A DNA stretch of 64,000 bases, from the NCBI GenBank assembly GCA_026390435.1, contig JAPLFY010000031.1:184614-248613 (forward strand), written 5' to 3'. Each line of letters begins with the position of its first letter. Position 1 is the first letter of the stretch. The position numbers and the translations under genes were made by a program. Source of the stretch: Pseudomonadota bacterium. GTDB lineage: Bacteria > Bdellovibrionota_B > Oligoflexia > Oligoflexales > CAIYRB01. This document shows positions 8,967 to 19,828 of this stretch, in pieces. A model generated the notes under the pieces. That model was not told the DNA's origin. It ran no database searches and saw only the letters and a list, made by a program, of their open reading frames with translations.

Positions 8967-10636
8967 ATAAGATCGACCATCGTTCCGTTCTAGCTGCCGT
9001 ACTCTGCATTGCGTTCTACTTGGTCTATACACAGTACCTAAATACTAAATACCCTCACTCCCAACGCACAGCCGCAACGAACCAGCAAAGCCAGACTGCA
9101 GGTCCGAATACCACGACACCGGCAGTGGATGGCGCCGCATCCGGCAGTAAAACAGAGGCCTCGGCCACTGTTGCTGCTAGCTCAACAAATGCATCGGTAG
9201 CCAAGTTAAGCGCAGCTGATTTGACCATCGAGAATGACAAAGTCATCTATCAATTTTCGCAAGAATTGGGCGGCTTTGCCAGCATCAAGCTACGCGACTT
9301 TAAAAGCGATAACCGAGCGGAAGCGGGATTTGCCGACCTGCTCGATAGCCCCATGGCACTCCAAGCGACCATCGAGCCGAAAAACACCGATCCGTCGAAA
9401 GACGTATTTCAGGCTGAGCGCAAAGACCAGGCCATCACATTTTTTCGCGATGCAGGTGGCTTCCGCCTCAGCCAGACATTTACCGTCCCTAAGTCGGGAT
9501 ATGGCCTCGAGCTGAAGGTAAGCTTCACCAACATCGGCACCCAGCCTGCAGAACTGACTAGCGGCCTGCTTTTAACCGAAAGCATCCTGCACAAGAAGTC
9601 GCCAAGCGTACTGGGTATTATCCCTGGCACGGTCAGAGAACGCGACCAGCTAATTTACAACGCAGACGACAGCACCGACTGGCTAGATATCGAAAAATTC
9701 TGCACTGATGACAAAGAAGCACCACGGTTCGACGGCGTACCCGTCCGCTTTGCCGGTATCGACCGCCACTACTTCCTGACCGTATTCCAATCAAAAGCAA
9801 AGACTAGCAGCTTGCGACTTGATCACGGCAAAGGTAGCGCATCTGGATGTACTCTAAGCCTCGTCAACTACGATCGCCAAGGCACGGTAAAACCGGGCGA
9901 GACAGTAAATTTAGACTATACGTTTTACGCCGGCCCTAAAGAGCTTGGCATTCTGCAGGCTCAAGGCGCCGATCTAACCAGTGCCATGCATCTAGGCACA
10001 TTTAGCTTTATCGCTCGCCCCCTTTTAATTGTGATCGAAGGCTTCGAAAAGGTCACCCGCAACTACGGCCTGGCCATTATTCTGCTAACTATCTGCCTCA
10101 AGCTACTCTTCTACCCCTTGGTGCGTGCTTCGACGATATCGATGCACAAGATGAAGAAGCTGAACCCCCAGATGGCAGCTATCAAAGAAAAATTTAAGGA
10201 CGACCGAGCCAGACAGCAACAAGAACTAATGAAGTTCATGGGAGCTAACAAAATCAACCCGATGAAGGGCTGCCTACCAGTTCTGCCGCAGATCCCCGTA
10301 TTCTTTGCCTTCTACCAGGTACTCCAGACATCGATCAGCCTGAGACATGCGTCTTTTGGGCTCTGGATTCAAGATTTGTCAGCGATGGACCCGTACTTTG
10401 TGACCCCATTATTGATGGGAGTTGCCATGTTCGTGCAACAAAAGTTGACCCCGACTTCTGGAATGGATAAAACTCAAGAGAAAATTTTGATGCTTATGCC
10501 AATAATGTTCACAGTCATGATGCTGACTCTACCAGCCGGACTGACACTCTATATGTTGACCAATACCGTAATTGGGATTGCTCAACAAAAGTGGCTGTAC
10601 CACCGGTTGGATAGACTCGAGCCAAACATGCGTTAA
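8963..10636 (+). CDS. yidC: membrane protein insertase YidC
   Basis: The ORF track starts at 8867 inside yidD. In-frame GTG at 8963 (GTGA overlap with the yidD stop) gives MNKIDHRSVLAAVLCIAFYLVY as the TM1 start. C-terminal 60-kDa insertase core (GCLPVLPQIPVFFAFY). Confidence 0.9.
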   Translation: MNKIDHRSVLAAVLCIAFYLVYTQYLNTKYPHSQRTAATNQQSQTAGPNTTTPAVDGAASGSKTEASATVAASSTNASVAKLSAADLTIENDKVIYQFSQELGGFASIKLRDFKSDNRAEAGFADLLDSPMALQATIEPKNTDPSKDVFQAERKDQAITFFRDAGGFRLSQTFTVPKSGYGLELKVSFTNIGTQPAELTSGLLLTESILHKKSPSVLGIIPGTVRERDQLIYNADDSTDWLDIEKFCTDDKEAPRFDGVPVRFAGIDRHYFLTVFQSKAKTSSLRLDHGKGSASGCTLSLVNYDRQGTVKPGETVNLDYTFYAGPKELGILQAQGADLTSAMHLGTFSFIARPLLIVIEGFEKVTRNYGLAIILLTICLKLLFYPLVRASTISMHKMKKLNPQMAAIKEKFKDDRARQQQELMKFMGANKINPMKGCLPVLPQIPVFFAFYQVLQTSISLRHASFGLWIQDLSAMDPYFVTPLLMGVAMFVQQKLTPTSGMDKTQEKILMLMPIMFTVMMLTLPAGLTLYMLTNTVIGIAQQKWLYHRLDRLEPNMR

Positions 10637-10648
10637 AAAGGAGACAGG

Positions 10649-11494
10649 ATGAATAACAATCTGAAATCATCCGTTAATGCCACCGGACCAGTAACCGTCG
10701 AAGCGAAATCACTAGAGCAAGCGCTAGTTAAAGCAGCCGGGACGTTAGGACTGACCCAAGACGAAGTGGAATACAAAGTTGTTAAAGAAGAGACAGCGCG
10801 TGGCCTGCTCTCGTTCTTTAAAAGCCCAGTTGTGGTGATCCAAGCCTGGGCCAAACGAACACCACAGCAGTCTAGGCAAAATTCCCGTCGTAGTGAGCGA
10901 GCTCCAAGCCGCGAGCGGCATGTCGAAAGGGAGCGTTCTTACGATGACGAAGAATCCTTCTCCGGAGCCAAAGCCGAGCCCCTCACCGAGGCACAAGTAG
11001 TCGCCCTAACAGAGGAGTTGCGCGAGTTCTGCGTTGGTATCTGTAGCCGAATCGCTGGCGAACCAGTACAGGTCTCGGCTATCGCCGAGGACGGACGCCT
11101 GATGCTCAACATCGAGCACGAATACATCGCGCAGCAAATCAACAAGAACAGCAAGCTGGCCGAAGCTCTAGAGCATATCCTCCGGAAGAAGCCACGCCAC
11201 CTAAGACAAGAGTTGCCGTTCCGCATTTTTGTTGATGTAAGTGGCCTGCGTCGCAAGCGTGAAGACGAGCTGATTCAGATGGCTCACGATCTCTCGGCGA
11301 AGGTTTTCGAGAACAAACGCCCGATTGTCTTGAACTACAAGAGCTCCTATGATCGCAAGATCATTCACATGGCACTCGACAAAGACGATCGCGTCTACAC
11401 CAAGTCTATTGGTTCAGGACCGAATCGCAAACTGATGATCTTGCCGCACAAAGACGGCCAGTACACAGGCGAACCGGAGATCTACGAAGAGTGA
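10649..11494 (+). CDS. jag: Jag/KhpB-type RNA-binding protein (Jag_N, KH, R3H)
   Basis: 281 aa. C-terminal R3H-like RKIIHMALDKDDRVYTKSIGSGPNRKLMILP. Conserved position between yidC and mnmE. Confidence 0.8.
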   Translation: MNNNLKSSVNATGPVTVEAKSLEQALVKAAGTLGLTQDEVEYKVVKEETARGLLSFFKSPVVVIQAWAKRTPQQSRQNSRRSERAPSRERHVERERSYDDEESFSGAKAEPLTEAQVVALTEELREFCVGICSRIAGEPVQVSAIAEDGRLMLNIEHEYIAQQINKNSKLAEALEHILRKKPRHLRQELPFRIFVDVSGLRRKREDELIQMAHDLSAKVFENKRPIVLNYKSSYDRKIIHMALDKDDRVYTKSIGSGPNRKLMILPHKDGQYTGEPEIYEE

Positions 11495-12864
11495 ATGAAA
11501 GCGTGCTTGCAGCCCAGCCTATCGCCGCGCTGGCGACCGGGCCTGGGGCGTCGGCAGTCGCAATGATTCGCATTTCAGGGGCGGGGTGTCACAAACTCCT
11601 GCGCCCCTGCCTAGCTGCATCAGCTGAGCAAGATTGGCCTCACAGAGAGCTGCGCCTGACTTCAGTCGTTGATCCGGAGTCTAAAGAGCTCATCGATGAC
11701 GCTATGGTTGTGTTCTTTCGGGGACCACGCTCATACACTGGCGAAGACAGTGCCGAGATCCACTGCCACGGTGGGCCATATGTGGTCCGCCGCATTTTAG
11801 AATTGTTATATCGGCACGGGATCCGAGCGGCGGAGCCGGGCGAGTTCACCCGCCGGGCCTTTCTCAACGGCAAGCTTGACCTCACCGAAGCGGAGGGTAT
11901 CAAGGCGCTTGTAGATGCCCAGTCCCATCAACAATGGCTCGCAGCAAGACACCTGACGACAGGACGGTTACGGGCTGCCATCGATGAGCTCCGGACCATC
12001 CTAATTGGGGCACTTGCTTACCTAGCTGCGCAAATAGACTTCCCGGACGAGGGCGACACCGCACACTTAAATCTAGATCCGGTGCGGCAACGAGTGAACC
12101 AAGCCAGCGCAGCGATTAAAACTTTGATCGGCAGCTACGATGACGGACGCGTTGCGAGTCAGGGGCTCACTGTGGCTTTGTTTGGCGCTCCAAATGCCGG
12201 GAAATCCACCCTCATGAATGAATTGCTTGGTCGTGAACGCGCCATCGTCACTGCCATTGCGGGCACAACCCGTGATTATCTCGAGGAAAGTTGCCTGATT
12301 GAGGGGAGACTGCTGCGGCTGATCGATATGGCCGGTATCCGCGAGTCTACCGACCCAATCGAAGCTATGGGAGTGGAGACCGCTCGTCGCCTGGCAAGAG
12401 AAGCCGATTTAGTTTTGTTCCTCGTACCTGCGGATCAGCTCACTGATCCAACGCCCCAAATTGACCAGTGGATTACCGAGTTGAGCCCGCGCTCACATTT
12501 ATGTATTGCGACCAAAGTTGACCTGGCTCAGCCAAGTTGGCCGGATAATTGGCTCGGAATTTCCTCCCATACGGCTGCCGGCATGGCTGAGTTCAAGGCA
12601 GCACTAACTGCCCAAGTGGACAATCACGTGGGCCACCTCACGGGCGAGCAGGCGTTCGTCACCTCGGCTCGGCAAGCCAACGCTTTACGCAATGCATCCG
12701 AAGGTTTAGCAAAATTTAATGCCGCCGACACTGCCGGTGCCTATGAAGAACTGCTCGCCTTCGAACTCCAGCAAGCGGTGTCAGCTCTTAAGGGAATCAT
12801 CGGTGAAGTCGGCACTGAAGACGTACTAGATAAGGTGTTTGGCGACTTTTGCGTCGGCAAGTGA
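11491..12864 (+). CDS. mnmE: tRNA modification GTPase MnmE
   Basis: 457 aa. G1 motif GAPNAGKSTLMN. C-terminal FCVGK. GTGA overlap with jag. Confidence 0.92.
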   Translation: MNESVLAAQPIAALATGPGASAVAMIRISGAGCHKLLRPCLAASAEQDWPHRELRLTSVVDPESKELIDDAMVVFFRGPRSYTGEDSAEIHCHGGPYVVRRILELLYRHGIRAAEPGEFTRRAFLNGKLDLTEAEGIKALVDAQSHQQWLAARHLTTGRLRAAIDELRTILIGALAYLAAQIDFPDEGDTAHLNLDPVRQRVNQASAAIKTLIGSYDDGRVASQGLTVALFGAPNAGKSTLMNELLGRERAIVTAIAGTTRDYLEESCLIEGRLLRLIDMAGIRESTDPIEAMGVETARRLAREADLVLFLVPADQLTDPTPQIDQWITELSPRSHLCIATKVDLAQPSWPDNWLGISSHTAAGMAEFKAALTAQVDNHVGHLTGEQAFVTSARQANALRNASEGLAKFNAADTAGAYEELLAFELQQAVSALKGIIGEVGTEDVLDKVFGDFCVGK

Positions 12865-13051
12865 GCCATCTAGCCAAGGTCGATTGACTGTACTATAGAG
12901 ACTTCTATAGGTAGGATTTAGTTCTGCTTCCCCCCGATGCAAATTTTTTCTCAGTTTATAAGACACCTAACTTCTTGAGACACGCTAACCGTTGTTAGAT
13001 GCACAAACTGGCCTTCAGGCGATCTGACGTGGCACAGCCGGAGTACTGATC

Positions 13052-14653
13052 ATGATGTACCTAAGGAAAGTAAACTTGCTGGTAATGGTGGTTGTGGCAA
13101 GTTTCAGCGCCAATGCCGCCTACTCCGCTAGTCCGTGCCCTCCTAAAGAAGAGCTCGTTACCTTCACTACTTCAGACGGTGTCACTTTGCATGGTGAAGT
13201 GATCTCACCATGTGGCAGCTCACCTTCAGATTCATTTCCGACGGTCTTTTTTTTAAACCCGTTTGGCCAGTCCTTTAAAACTTACAAACCGCAGGCCTTA
13301 GCCTTCGCCGAAGACGGCTATCGCACCTTCTCTTACGACCCACGTGGATGGCAGTCATCTGGCGGCAAAATCAGCCTCGATTACGAACTACTAACAAATG
13401 ATGTTCGGCAGGCCATTGATTGGGTCACTGGCCATTATAAAACAGGCCGAATTGGTGTGACTGGAATCTCTGAAGGCGGTGGTTTATCCATGCTGCTAAG
13501 TGCTATCGAGCCCCGGCTTAGCGCCGTCGCTGCCCTTAGCGGCTGGACTAATATGGTTCACCCTGCACTTGGTCATACTCAGCGCCTAGCGTGGAACATC
13601 GTATTAGGGACACTTATCACTCTCTTTGGTAAACCAAGCGCGATTATTGAAGAAGCCTTCGAGCATTGGCGCGACGGAACTCCACCAGAGCCCAGAGAGC
13701 TGATGGAGAAAACCTCACCGCTATATCACCTAAAAGAGATCAACGAGAGACGACCACCCATTTTCTTGGCAAACGATCTCGACGACACTTTATTTCCAGT
13801 CAACCAAGCCTTTGACTTCTACGGCAAACTGCAAGGTCCTAAACATCTACAAATCAACCGCGGATTTCATGCGGCAGCAGCTATCACGACCACAAAAGAA
13901 CCAAACAAAGAACCATGGGCTAGCGTGCACAAGTGGTTTGACGCCTATGTCAAAAACGGCCAACCCAGTGAACTAGATGGCCTCGTCAGAGTGAACTATA
14001 AGAATCAGCAGGGAATCCTGGAGTTTAGGGATAACGCCCTGCGCGAGCCTAAAATTTCCACGTACTACCTAAAGCAGACAAATGATGGTTACGAGCTCTC
14101 CCAAACCGCTGAAGAGTCACGGCTCGATGCAGACCTAAGTGTCGTCAGTTATCCATGGAACCCATCTGGCATCATCTCGGGCATACCACTCAAAAGCGCC
14201 CTCGAGAATCTTCGCGATCTAAAAACGGTTTCAGTACCTTTACGCCACCTTAAACGTCCCTATGCCATCGCCTTCACCGCGAAGCCTGTCACCACCGATA
14301 CGACTGTATACGGGGTGGCAACCTTGCAACTTTCGCTTAAATCAAAGGCAAAAAAAGGCCTCGTCGTGGCCTACTTGGTCGACGTCGATGCAAATGGTGA
14401 TGGTAAGTTGATGACCCACGGCGTCTACACTTGGTCAGAGAGCGATGCATTGGCAGATGGTCACTTTAGCTTCAAAATCGAGCTCTACCACACGGCTTGG
14501 AAATTAGCCGCCGGGCATAAATTAGCTATAGCCCTGAACAGCTCGGATCCTGAGTACCAACCACCAACTCTGCTTCTTTACGACTACAATCTTGATGACA
14601 CTGAAGGCAGCTTGCGACTCGATGTGCCGTCATTTACAGGGGCTGTAAACTGA
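13052..14653 (+). CDS. secreted alpha/beta hydrolase, CocE/NonD (X-Pro dipeptidyl-peptidase S15)-like
   Basis: 533 aa. Signal peptide. Nucleophile elbow GISEGG. Large C-terminal beta domain. The family call is by eye only. Confidence 0.6.
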   Translation: MMYLRKVNLLVMVVVASFSANAAYSASPCPPKEELVTFTTSDGVTLHGEVISPCGSSPSDSFPTVFFLNPFGQSFKTYKPQALAFAEDGYRTFSYDPRGWQSSGGKISLDYELLTNDVRQAIDWVTGHYKTGRIGVTGISEGGGLSMLLSAIEPRLSAVAALSGWTNMVHPALGHTQRLAWNIVLGTLITLFGKPSAIIEEAFEHWRDGTPPEPRELMEKTSPLYHLKEINERRPPIFLANDLDDTLFPVNQAFDFYGKLQGPKHLQINRGFHAAAAITTTKEPNKEPWASVHKWFDAYVKNGQPSELDGLVRVNYKNQQGILEFRDNALREPKISTYYLKQTNDGYELSQTAEESRLDADLSVVSYPWNPSGIISGIPLKSALENLRDLKTVSVPLRHLKRPYAIAFTAKPVTTDTTVYGVATLQLSLKSKAKKGLVVAYLVDVDANGDGKLMTHGVYTWSESDALADGHFSFKIELYHTAWKLAAGHKLAIALNSSDPEYQPPTLLLYDYNLDDTEGSLRLDVPSFTGAVN

Positions 14654-17219
14654 CTAAACCGAGCGCAACGTTGGCGCTCGACTTTGACAGCGGCAGATCG
14701 ACAACTAGATTGATGATCCAGTCGTTATGCTGGTCAGGATCGGTGATGGTCTGTTCGAGCACCCACTTGTCCGCCTCGACCTTTATTGTGAGGTGACGCG
14801 GATCGCGTGCCTGATGATCCGTCGCGATATAAGCGTGCCCTTCGTAGAAGGCTGCTAATGCAGCACCGAGATCATCCGCAGTCCAGTTCTTGATCTCACC
14901 CGACTCGTCGGGCACTGCCACCGCCAAAGCGGCAAGCGCTCCTTCATAATTCCGGCCACCGATGAGCCGTAGTAGACGGAACACCGCATTACGTACCATC
15001 ACCGTAAACTCGCGCTTGTTGCGCGTAATGTCCGTAGTCTCTGCGCTCTGCACAGGAACTGCCGCTGCCTGCGCGACCGCAGACTTGGGCTTGCGCATCC
15101 GCTCCCACTCCTCAAGCAAACTCGCGTCAATCGCACGAATCATGGCGCCAAAATATTCAATCATGGCGATGATCTCATCGGTCCGTTCGCTCTCTGGTAC
15201 GGTTTGCACTAGAACTTTGTACGTCTCCGAGAGGTAGCGGAGGAGCAAGCCTTCGACTCTCTGCAACTCGAGATCGCGGATGTACTCTTCAAAAGTCATG
15301 AACTGTTCGTAGAGGTCTCGAGCAATTTTCTTAGGACGAATATTTTCCTGTCCTACCCAGGGGTGGGACGCAGCAAAGCGGTTGAAAGTTTCGTAAATGA
15401 ACTCGCGATTTGGCTTCGGATACTCAAGCTTCTCGAGCTCTTCCATCCGTTCCTCATATTCAACACCTGCTAACTTCAACTCATAAAGCTTCTGACCTTT
15501 GAGCCGATCCAGCTGCTTGCGCAGAATCAAGTCGGGATTTTCCAGGATCGATTCAATCAGAGTGAGCAAATCAAGCGCGTAGTCCGGCGACTCCCGATCC
15601 AGCAGCTTTATAGTATCAAGCAGATAGAGCGAGAGAGCGTGATTAAGAGAGAAGTCTTCCTGCAGGTCGACATTGACACGTACCTTGCTACCGTCACGCT
15701 TATGCTTCGGTAAGATTTCGACAATGCCGCGATCTACCAACGACCGAAATAGCTGGAATGCGGTGCGGGTATGCTGCCGCTTAGCCGTAACTGCCTCATG
15801 ACAGCCGCGCACTAACTCCTTCATCGCCCGACATCCGTCCGAAGGTCGGCTTAAAATATTGAGGAGCATGCCGTGCGTAACTTGAAAGCGTGAGACCAAT
15901 GGTTCAGGCGGCGACGTTAGCAACTTATTGAAGGTAGTTACGTCCCAGTGAGCATAGCCTTTTTCCGGTGGCTTCTTTTTGACGATTTTACGCGCCTTTT
16001 TTGCATCGCCACCGGCCTTGGCCTCGAGCATCAGATTTTCAATGACGTGTGGCGGTGCCTGAACAACCACGGTGCCGCGATCGTCAAAGCCTTTACGACC
16101 GGCGCGACCGCTGATCTGCAGAAAATCACGCACACTCAAAATTCCGGTTTTGTCCCCAGAATACTTACAAAGTTTAGTAAAGAGCACCGTGCGAATTGGG
16201 ATATTAACCCCGACACCCAAAGTATCTGTGCCGCAAATCACCTTAAGTAGACTCTGCTGTGCCAAACGCTCCACCAGTAGGCGATATTTGGGCAACAACC
16301 CGGCATGATGCAAACCTATGCCGTGACGAAGGATCTTTTGTACTTCCTTGCCGTAGGGGCTGGAAAACTGCACACCGACGAGAGCCTCGCTGATGAGCCT
16401 TTTTTCTTCTTTCGTGCAGATATCCACCGAAAGTAAGTTTTGTGCCTCTTCTGCACACTCTCTCTGGGTGAAGCTGACTAAGTAAACTGGTGCCTTGCCT
16501 CCAAACACGAGACTCTTAATGGTCTCGTGCAATGGTGTCTCCTGATAAATAAAATCAAGCGGCACTGGTCTTTGCACCGAACGAATCACAATAGTGTCGA
16601 GATCGGTAACTTTCTTTAACCCCTGCTCGAATACCGTAGTATCCCCAAGAGTCGCAGACATGAGCAGAAAGCGGGAATAAGGTAAAGTTAGTAAAGGTAC
16701 CTGCCAAGCAACTCCGCGATCCCGGTCCGCATAGTAATGAAACTCATCCATGATGACATCGTGTGCGGGTGCTGATGCTCCCTCACGGAGGGCCATGTTA
16801 GCGAGGATTTCGGCCGTACAGCACAAAATGGGCGCGTCACGGTTTACGGTGGCATCGCCAGTAGCCATACCTACGACATCGGGCCCGAACTCAGCACAGA
16901 GTGCGAGAAACTTCTCATTCACCAAAGCTTTAATCGGACAGGTGTAAACTGACCTGCGGCCGTGGGCAAGGGAGTGAAAATGCAGAGCCGTAGCCACCAA
17001 CGACTTACCCGAACCGGTCGGGGTGTTCAGGATGACGTTACGACCCTCATAAAGAGCGAGGATCGCCTCCTCCTGCGCAGGATAGAGTTCGAGACCCTTC
17101 TCTTTGACATAAACCAGAAACCTATCAAGCAGATCGCCGCTGTCGACAGCCTCCCCGGTAGCCGGGAGCTGACGCAATAGAGGACGTGACGATGTGGCAA
17201 AAGCTTGCGATTCCAACAT
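14634..17219 (-). CDS. Ski2-like superfamily-2 DEAD/DEAH helicase with long C-terminal domain (DUF3516-like)
   Basis: Motifs [28 protein letters not shown]. The ORF track extends to 17321. Internal ATG at 17219 (MLESQAF...) is my preferred start but is uncertain. Confidence 0.8.
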   Translation of the reverse strand: MLESQAFATSSRPLLRQLPATGEAVDSGDLLDRFLVYVKEKGLELYPAQEEAILALYEGRNVILNTPTGSGKSLVATALHFHSLAHGRRSVYTCPIKALVNEKFLALCAEFGPDVVGMATGDATVNRDAPILCCTAEILANMALREGASAPAHDVIMDEFHYYADRDRGVAWQVPLLTLPYSRFLLMSATLGDTTVFEQGLKKVTDLDTIVIRSVQRPVPLDFIYQETPLHETIKSLVFGGKAPVYLVSFTQRECAEEAQNLLSVDICTKEEKRLISEALVGVQFSSPYGKEVQKILRHGIGLHHAGLLPKYRLLVERLAQQSLLKVICGTDTLGVGVNIPIRTVLFTKLCKYSGDKTGILSVRDFLQISGRAGRKGFDDRGTVVVQAPPHVIENLMLEAKAGGDAKKARKIVKKKPPEKGYAHWDVTTFNKLLTSPPEPLVSRFQVTHGMLLNILSRPSDGCRAMKELVRGCHEAVTAKRQHTRTAFQLFRSLVDRGIVEILPKHKRDGSKVRVNVDLQEDFSLNHALSLYLLDTIKLLDRESPDYALDLLTLIESILENPDLILRKQLDRLKGQKLYELKLAGVEYEERMEELEKLEYPKPNREFIYETFNRFAASHPWVGQENIRPKKIARDLYEQFMTFEEYIRDLELQRVEGLLLRYLSETYKVLVQTVPESERTDEIIAMIEYFGAMIRAIDASLLEEWERMRKPKSAVAQAAAVPVQSAETTDITRNKREFTVMVRNAVFRLLRLIGGRNYEGALAALAVAVPDESGEIKNWTADDLGAALAAFYEGHAYIATDHQARDPRHLTIKVEADKWVLEQTITDPDQHNDWIINLVVDLPLSKSSANVALGLVSLQPL

Positions 17220-17386
17220 ATGTCGATTAGGTATATGCCGAACTTCCGGTCTTGCCAACCCCCAATGCAACGCCGACATGGCGGTAACATACCGAAGCAA
17301 CATATAAAAAGTCACGCCCACGGCATCTTAACGAACCGCAGCCAACGGCGTTTCATAACGGCAGAATTTGTGAAAAGTGAGTTTAA

Positions 17387-18763
17387 GTGAAGAAGATCGT
17401 TAGCTTTATTAAGAATCTGAACAACCAAAACGGCGACGCTACCCCAGGTCAACACGCGGCCTCCGGACCAGTCAGCACCGAATCATTCCGTGAGCTAGGC
17501 TTAATCGAGCCTTTGCTCAAAGCAGTCGGCGAACTAGGTTATGCTCAGCCAACGCCAATCCAGACGGCCGCCATCCCCTCAGTTTTGCATGGACGCGACC
17601 TACTTGGCTGCGCCCAAACAGGCACAGGCAAAACGGCAGCATTTGCTCTGCCGGTCCTGCAGCGTTTAGCCCTGGGTGAGGGGCGCCGTGGTGTCCGCGC
17701 CTTAATACTGACCCCCACACGTGAGCTCGCGGCCCAGATCGATGAGAGCTTTCGTGACTATGGACGTTACCTACAGTTAAATAGATCCCTGATCTTCGGT
17801 GGCGTTGGCGCTGAGCCGCAAAAGCGTGCCCTCGAACGTCGGCCAGACATTGTGATCGCCACTCCCGGACGTCTTTTGGATCTCATGGGACAAGGCTGCG
17901 TGTCGTTCGACGCCCTCGAGCTCTTCGTGCTCGATGAAGCCGACCGCATGTTGGACATGGGCTTTATCAACGATGTCAAACGAGTCATCGCTAAGTTACC
18001 GAAAGTAAGACAAAATCTGCTGTTCTCGGCCACCATGCCGGCAGAGATTAAAGATCTAGTGGATAAGATTCTGCGCGATCCGGCCCGCGTCTCGGTGACC
18101 CCAACCTCTTCGACCAGCGAACTGATTGACCAGTCTGTTTACTATGTGGACCGCACGAATAAGCGGCATCTGCTCATGCACGTACTCGCCAACCCTGACG
18201 TTAAACGTGCGATCGTCTTCACCCGCACCAAGTCCGTCGCCAACCGAGTAGCGACTTTCGTGTCGGAGGCAGGAATCGTGGCCGAGGCTATTCACGGCAA
18301 CAAGTCGCAAAGCGCACGACTGCGGGCACTCAACAACTTCAAAACCGGGAACACTCGAGTTCTCGTCGCAAGTGATCTAGCTGCGCGCGGAATCGATATC
18401 GAAGAAGTGTCGCATGTCATCAATTACGATGTACCGAATGTCGCTGAAACTTATGTCCACCGCATCGGCCGAACTGGTCGCGCCGCCAATACCGGCATCG
18501 CCGTCTCGTTCTGCGATGTCGATGAGCGCAGCTACATCATCGGCATCGAGCGGTTGATCAAGAAAAGTATTCCCGTAGTCAAAGATCACCCGTTTCCCAT
18601 GCTACAAACTACACCGACCCCCAAGTCGGAACTGCCGCAACGCGGCGGTGGACAGCGGCGCTCCTCAGGTGGCGGCGGTGACCAACGCAGCAGAAGACCC
18701 GGTGGTGGCGACAATCAGCGTCCTGGCCGTAACAGCCCTAGCGGCGGTCGAAATCGCGGATAA
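17387..18763 (+). CDS. rhlE: DEAD-box ATP-dependent RNA helicase (RhlE-like) with RG-rich tail
   Basis: Q motif [43 protein letters not shown]-terminal [22 protein letters not shown]. Confidence 0.85.
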   Translation: MKKIVSFIKNLNNQNGDATPGQHAASGPVSTESFRELGLIEPLLKAVGELGYAQPTPIQTAAIPSVLHGRDLLGCAQTGTGKTAAFALPVLQRLALGEGRRGVRALILTPTRELAAQIDESFRDYGRYLQLNRSLIFGGVGAEPQKRALERRPDIVIATPGRLLDLMGQGCVSFDALELFVLDEADRMLDMGFINDVKRVIAKLPKVRQNLLFSATMPAEIKDLVDKILRDPARVSVTPTSSTSELIDQSVYYVDRTNKRHLLMHVLANPDVKRAIVFTRTKSVANRVATFVSEAGIVAEAIHGNKSQSARLRALNNFKTGNTRVLVASDLAARGIDIEEVSHVINYDVPNVAETYVHRIGRTGRAANTGIAVSFCDVDERSYIIGIERLIKKSIPVVKDHPFPMLQTTPTPKSELPQRGGGQRRSSGGGGDQRSRRPGGGDNQRPGRNSPSGGRNRG

Positions 18764-18768
18764 TCGAA

Positions 18769-19716
18769 TTACATAGCTGCCGCAGCTGCGGCAGCTTCCG
18801 CACGTCTTTTGAGAATGAGATGCTTAGCGTGCAGTAGCCAGTGCCTGTTTAACGCGCTCTGCAGATAACCAAGAGCCAGAGGCGGCAATATGGCCATCAC
18901 CGCAGCTAATGCCGGCGAGATGTGGCCGTATTTGTTCTGCGACTCCATCTCGCGAACTTTTGCCGCAAGCTTATAAGTAAACCAAATGTTAACGATAGGT
19001 AGCAGCGACATAGCTGCGCCTGTCTTTAGCCATTTCGGAGCAGCAACTGCTCCCTGGGTATGAAATTCGATCTCCCGCTGGGTCGAAGCATACCAAAACG
19101 CCCAGTAAGACCCCAGAGTCAGGGGCATGCTACCAACAGCCGTTGCCCACGGGCTGCGCAACTGACCGAGACGGAGGCGACTACGTGCAAGGTAGTACTC
19201 TTGCACGATAGCTTTCTTCGCGGTTGTTTTTGGTACCGGTGACGCCGGCGCGGCAGACTGTGCTGCAGATTCTGAAACCGCCTTACGCAAGGCGGAGGTC
19301 TCAGACAATCCAGATGCGACTTGAGCCGACGCTGACCGCGGGCCAACGGACTTCGTCCGCACACTAGGCTTCGGCGCGATCATCGTGGCTTTCGCCGCTT
19401 TCGTAGCTTTGGTGGCAGCCTCGAGCTTTTTTTCCATTCCAGCGGTAAGTTGAAAAATCTGCGCCAAGTCGCTTAAAGGATACCACTGGGTGAATCCCTT
19501 GCGACTGACGAGGCGTTGAACGCCACCTTCAGTTTCCGGCGGCAGAGCAAAAGCATCAGAAGCGGTCAGCGGGCCATTTAATTTGCCGTTCTCATATAAG
19601 TACCAACCATCGGGCCACGTGGAGGCTATCTCTCGTGACATTAGCGGATTTGCTAGTGGCACCTGGCTAACTTTTGGCGCCTGGCTAACTTTTGGCGTCG
19701 CCAATGGTTCTATCAC
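18769..19716 (-). CDS. GYF-domain protein with C-terminal multi-TM (DUF4234-like) region
   Basis: 315 aa. WYLYENGKLNGPLTASD...GFTQWYPLSDL resembles a GYF_2 domain. Hydrophobic C-terminal half. AAGGAGAG SD before GTG 19716. Confidence 0.6.
   Translation of the reverse strand: MIEPLATPKVSQAPKVSQVPLANPLMSREIASTWPDGWYLYENGKLNGPLTASDAFALPPETEGGVQRLVSRKGFTQWYPLSDLAQIFQLTAGMEKKLEAATKATKAAKATMIAPKPSVRTKSVGPRSASAQVASGLSETSALRKAVSESAAQSAAPASPVPKTTAKKAIVQEYYLARSRLRLGQLRSPWATAVGSMPLTLGSYWAFWYASTQREIEFHTQGAVAAPKWLKTGAAMSLLPIVNIWFTYKLAAKVREMESQNKYGHISPALAAVMAILPPLALGYLQSALNRHWLLHAKHLILKRRAEAAAAAAAM
19662..19697. repeat. perfect 18-bp tandem duplication (CCTGGCTAACTTTTGGCG x2) inside the GYF gene
   Basis: Read directly. 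Encodes PKVSQA/PKVSQV at the protein N-terminus. Confidence 0.95.
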
Positions 19717-19828
19717 GTTCGCTCTCCTTAATCTGACGCATCCTTCTAGTATAGCAAATGGGCAAGCTAGCGGTATACTTTAGCCAGCGCTCCGTCTTGG
19801 CCCACAGGGCCCAACTAAGGGGAAGAAT

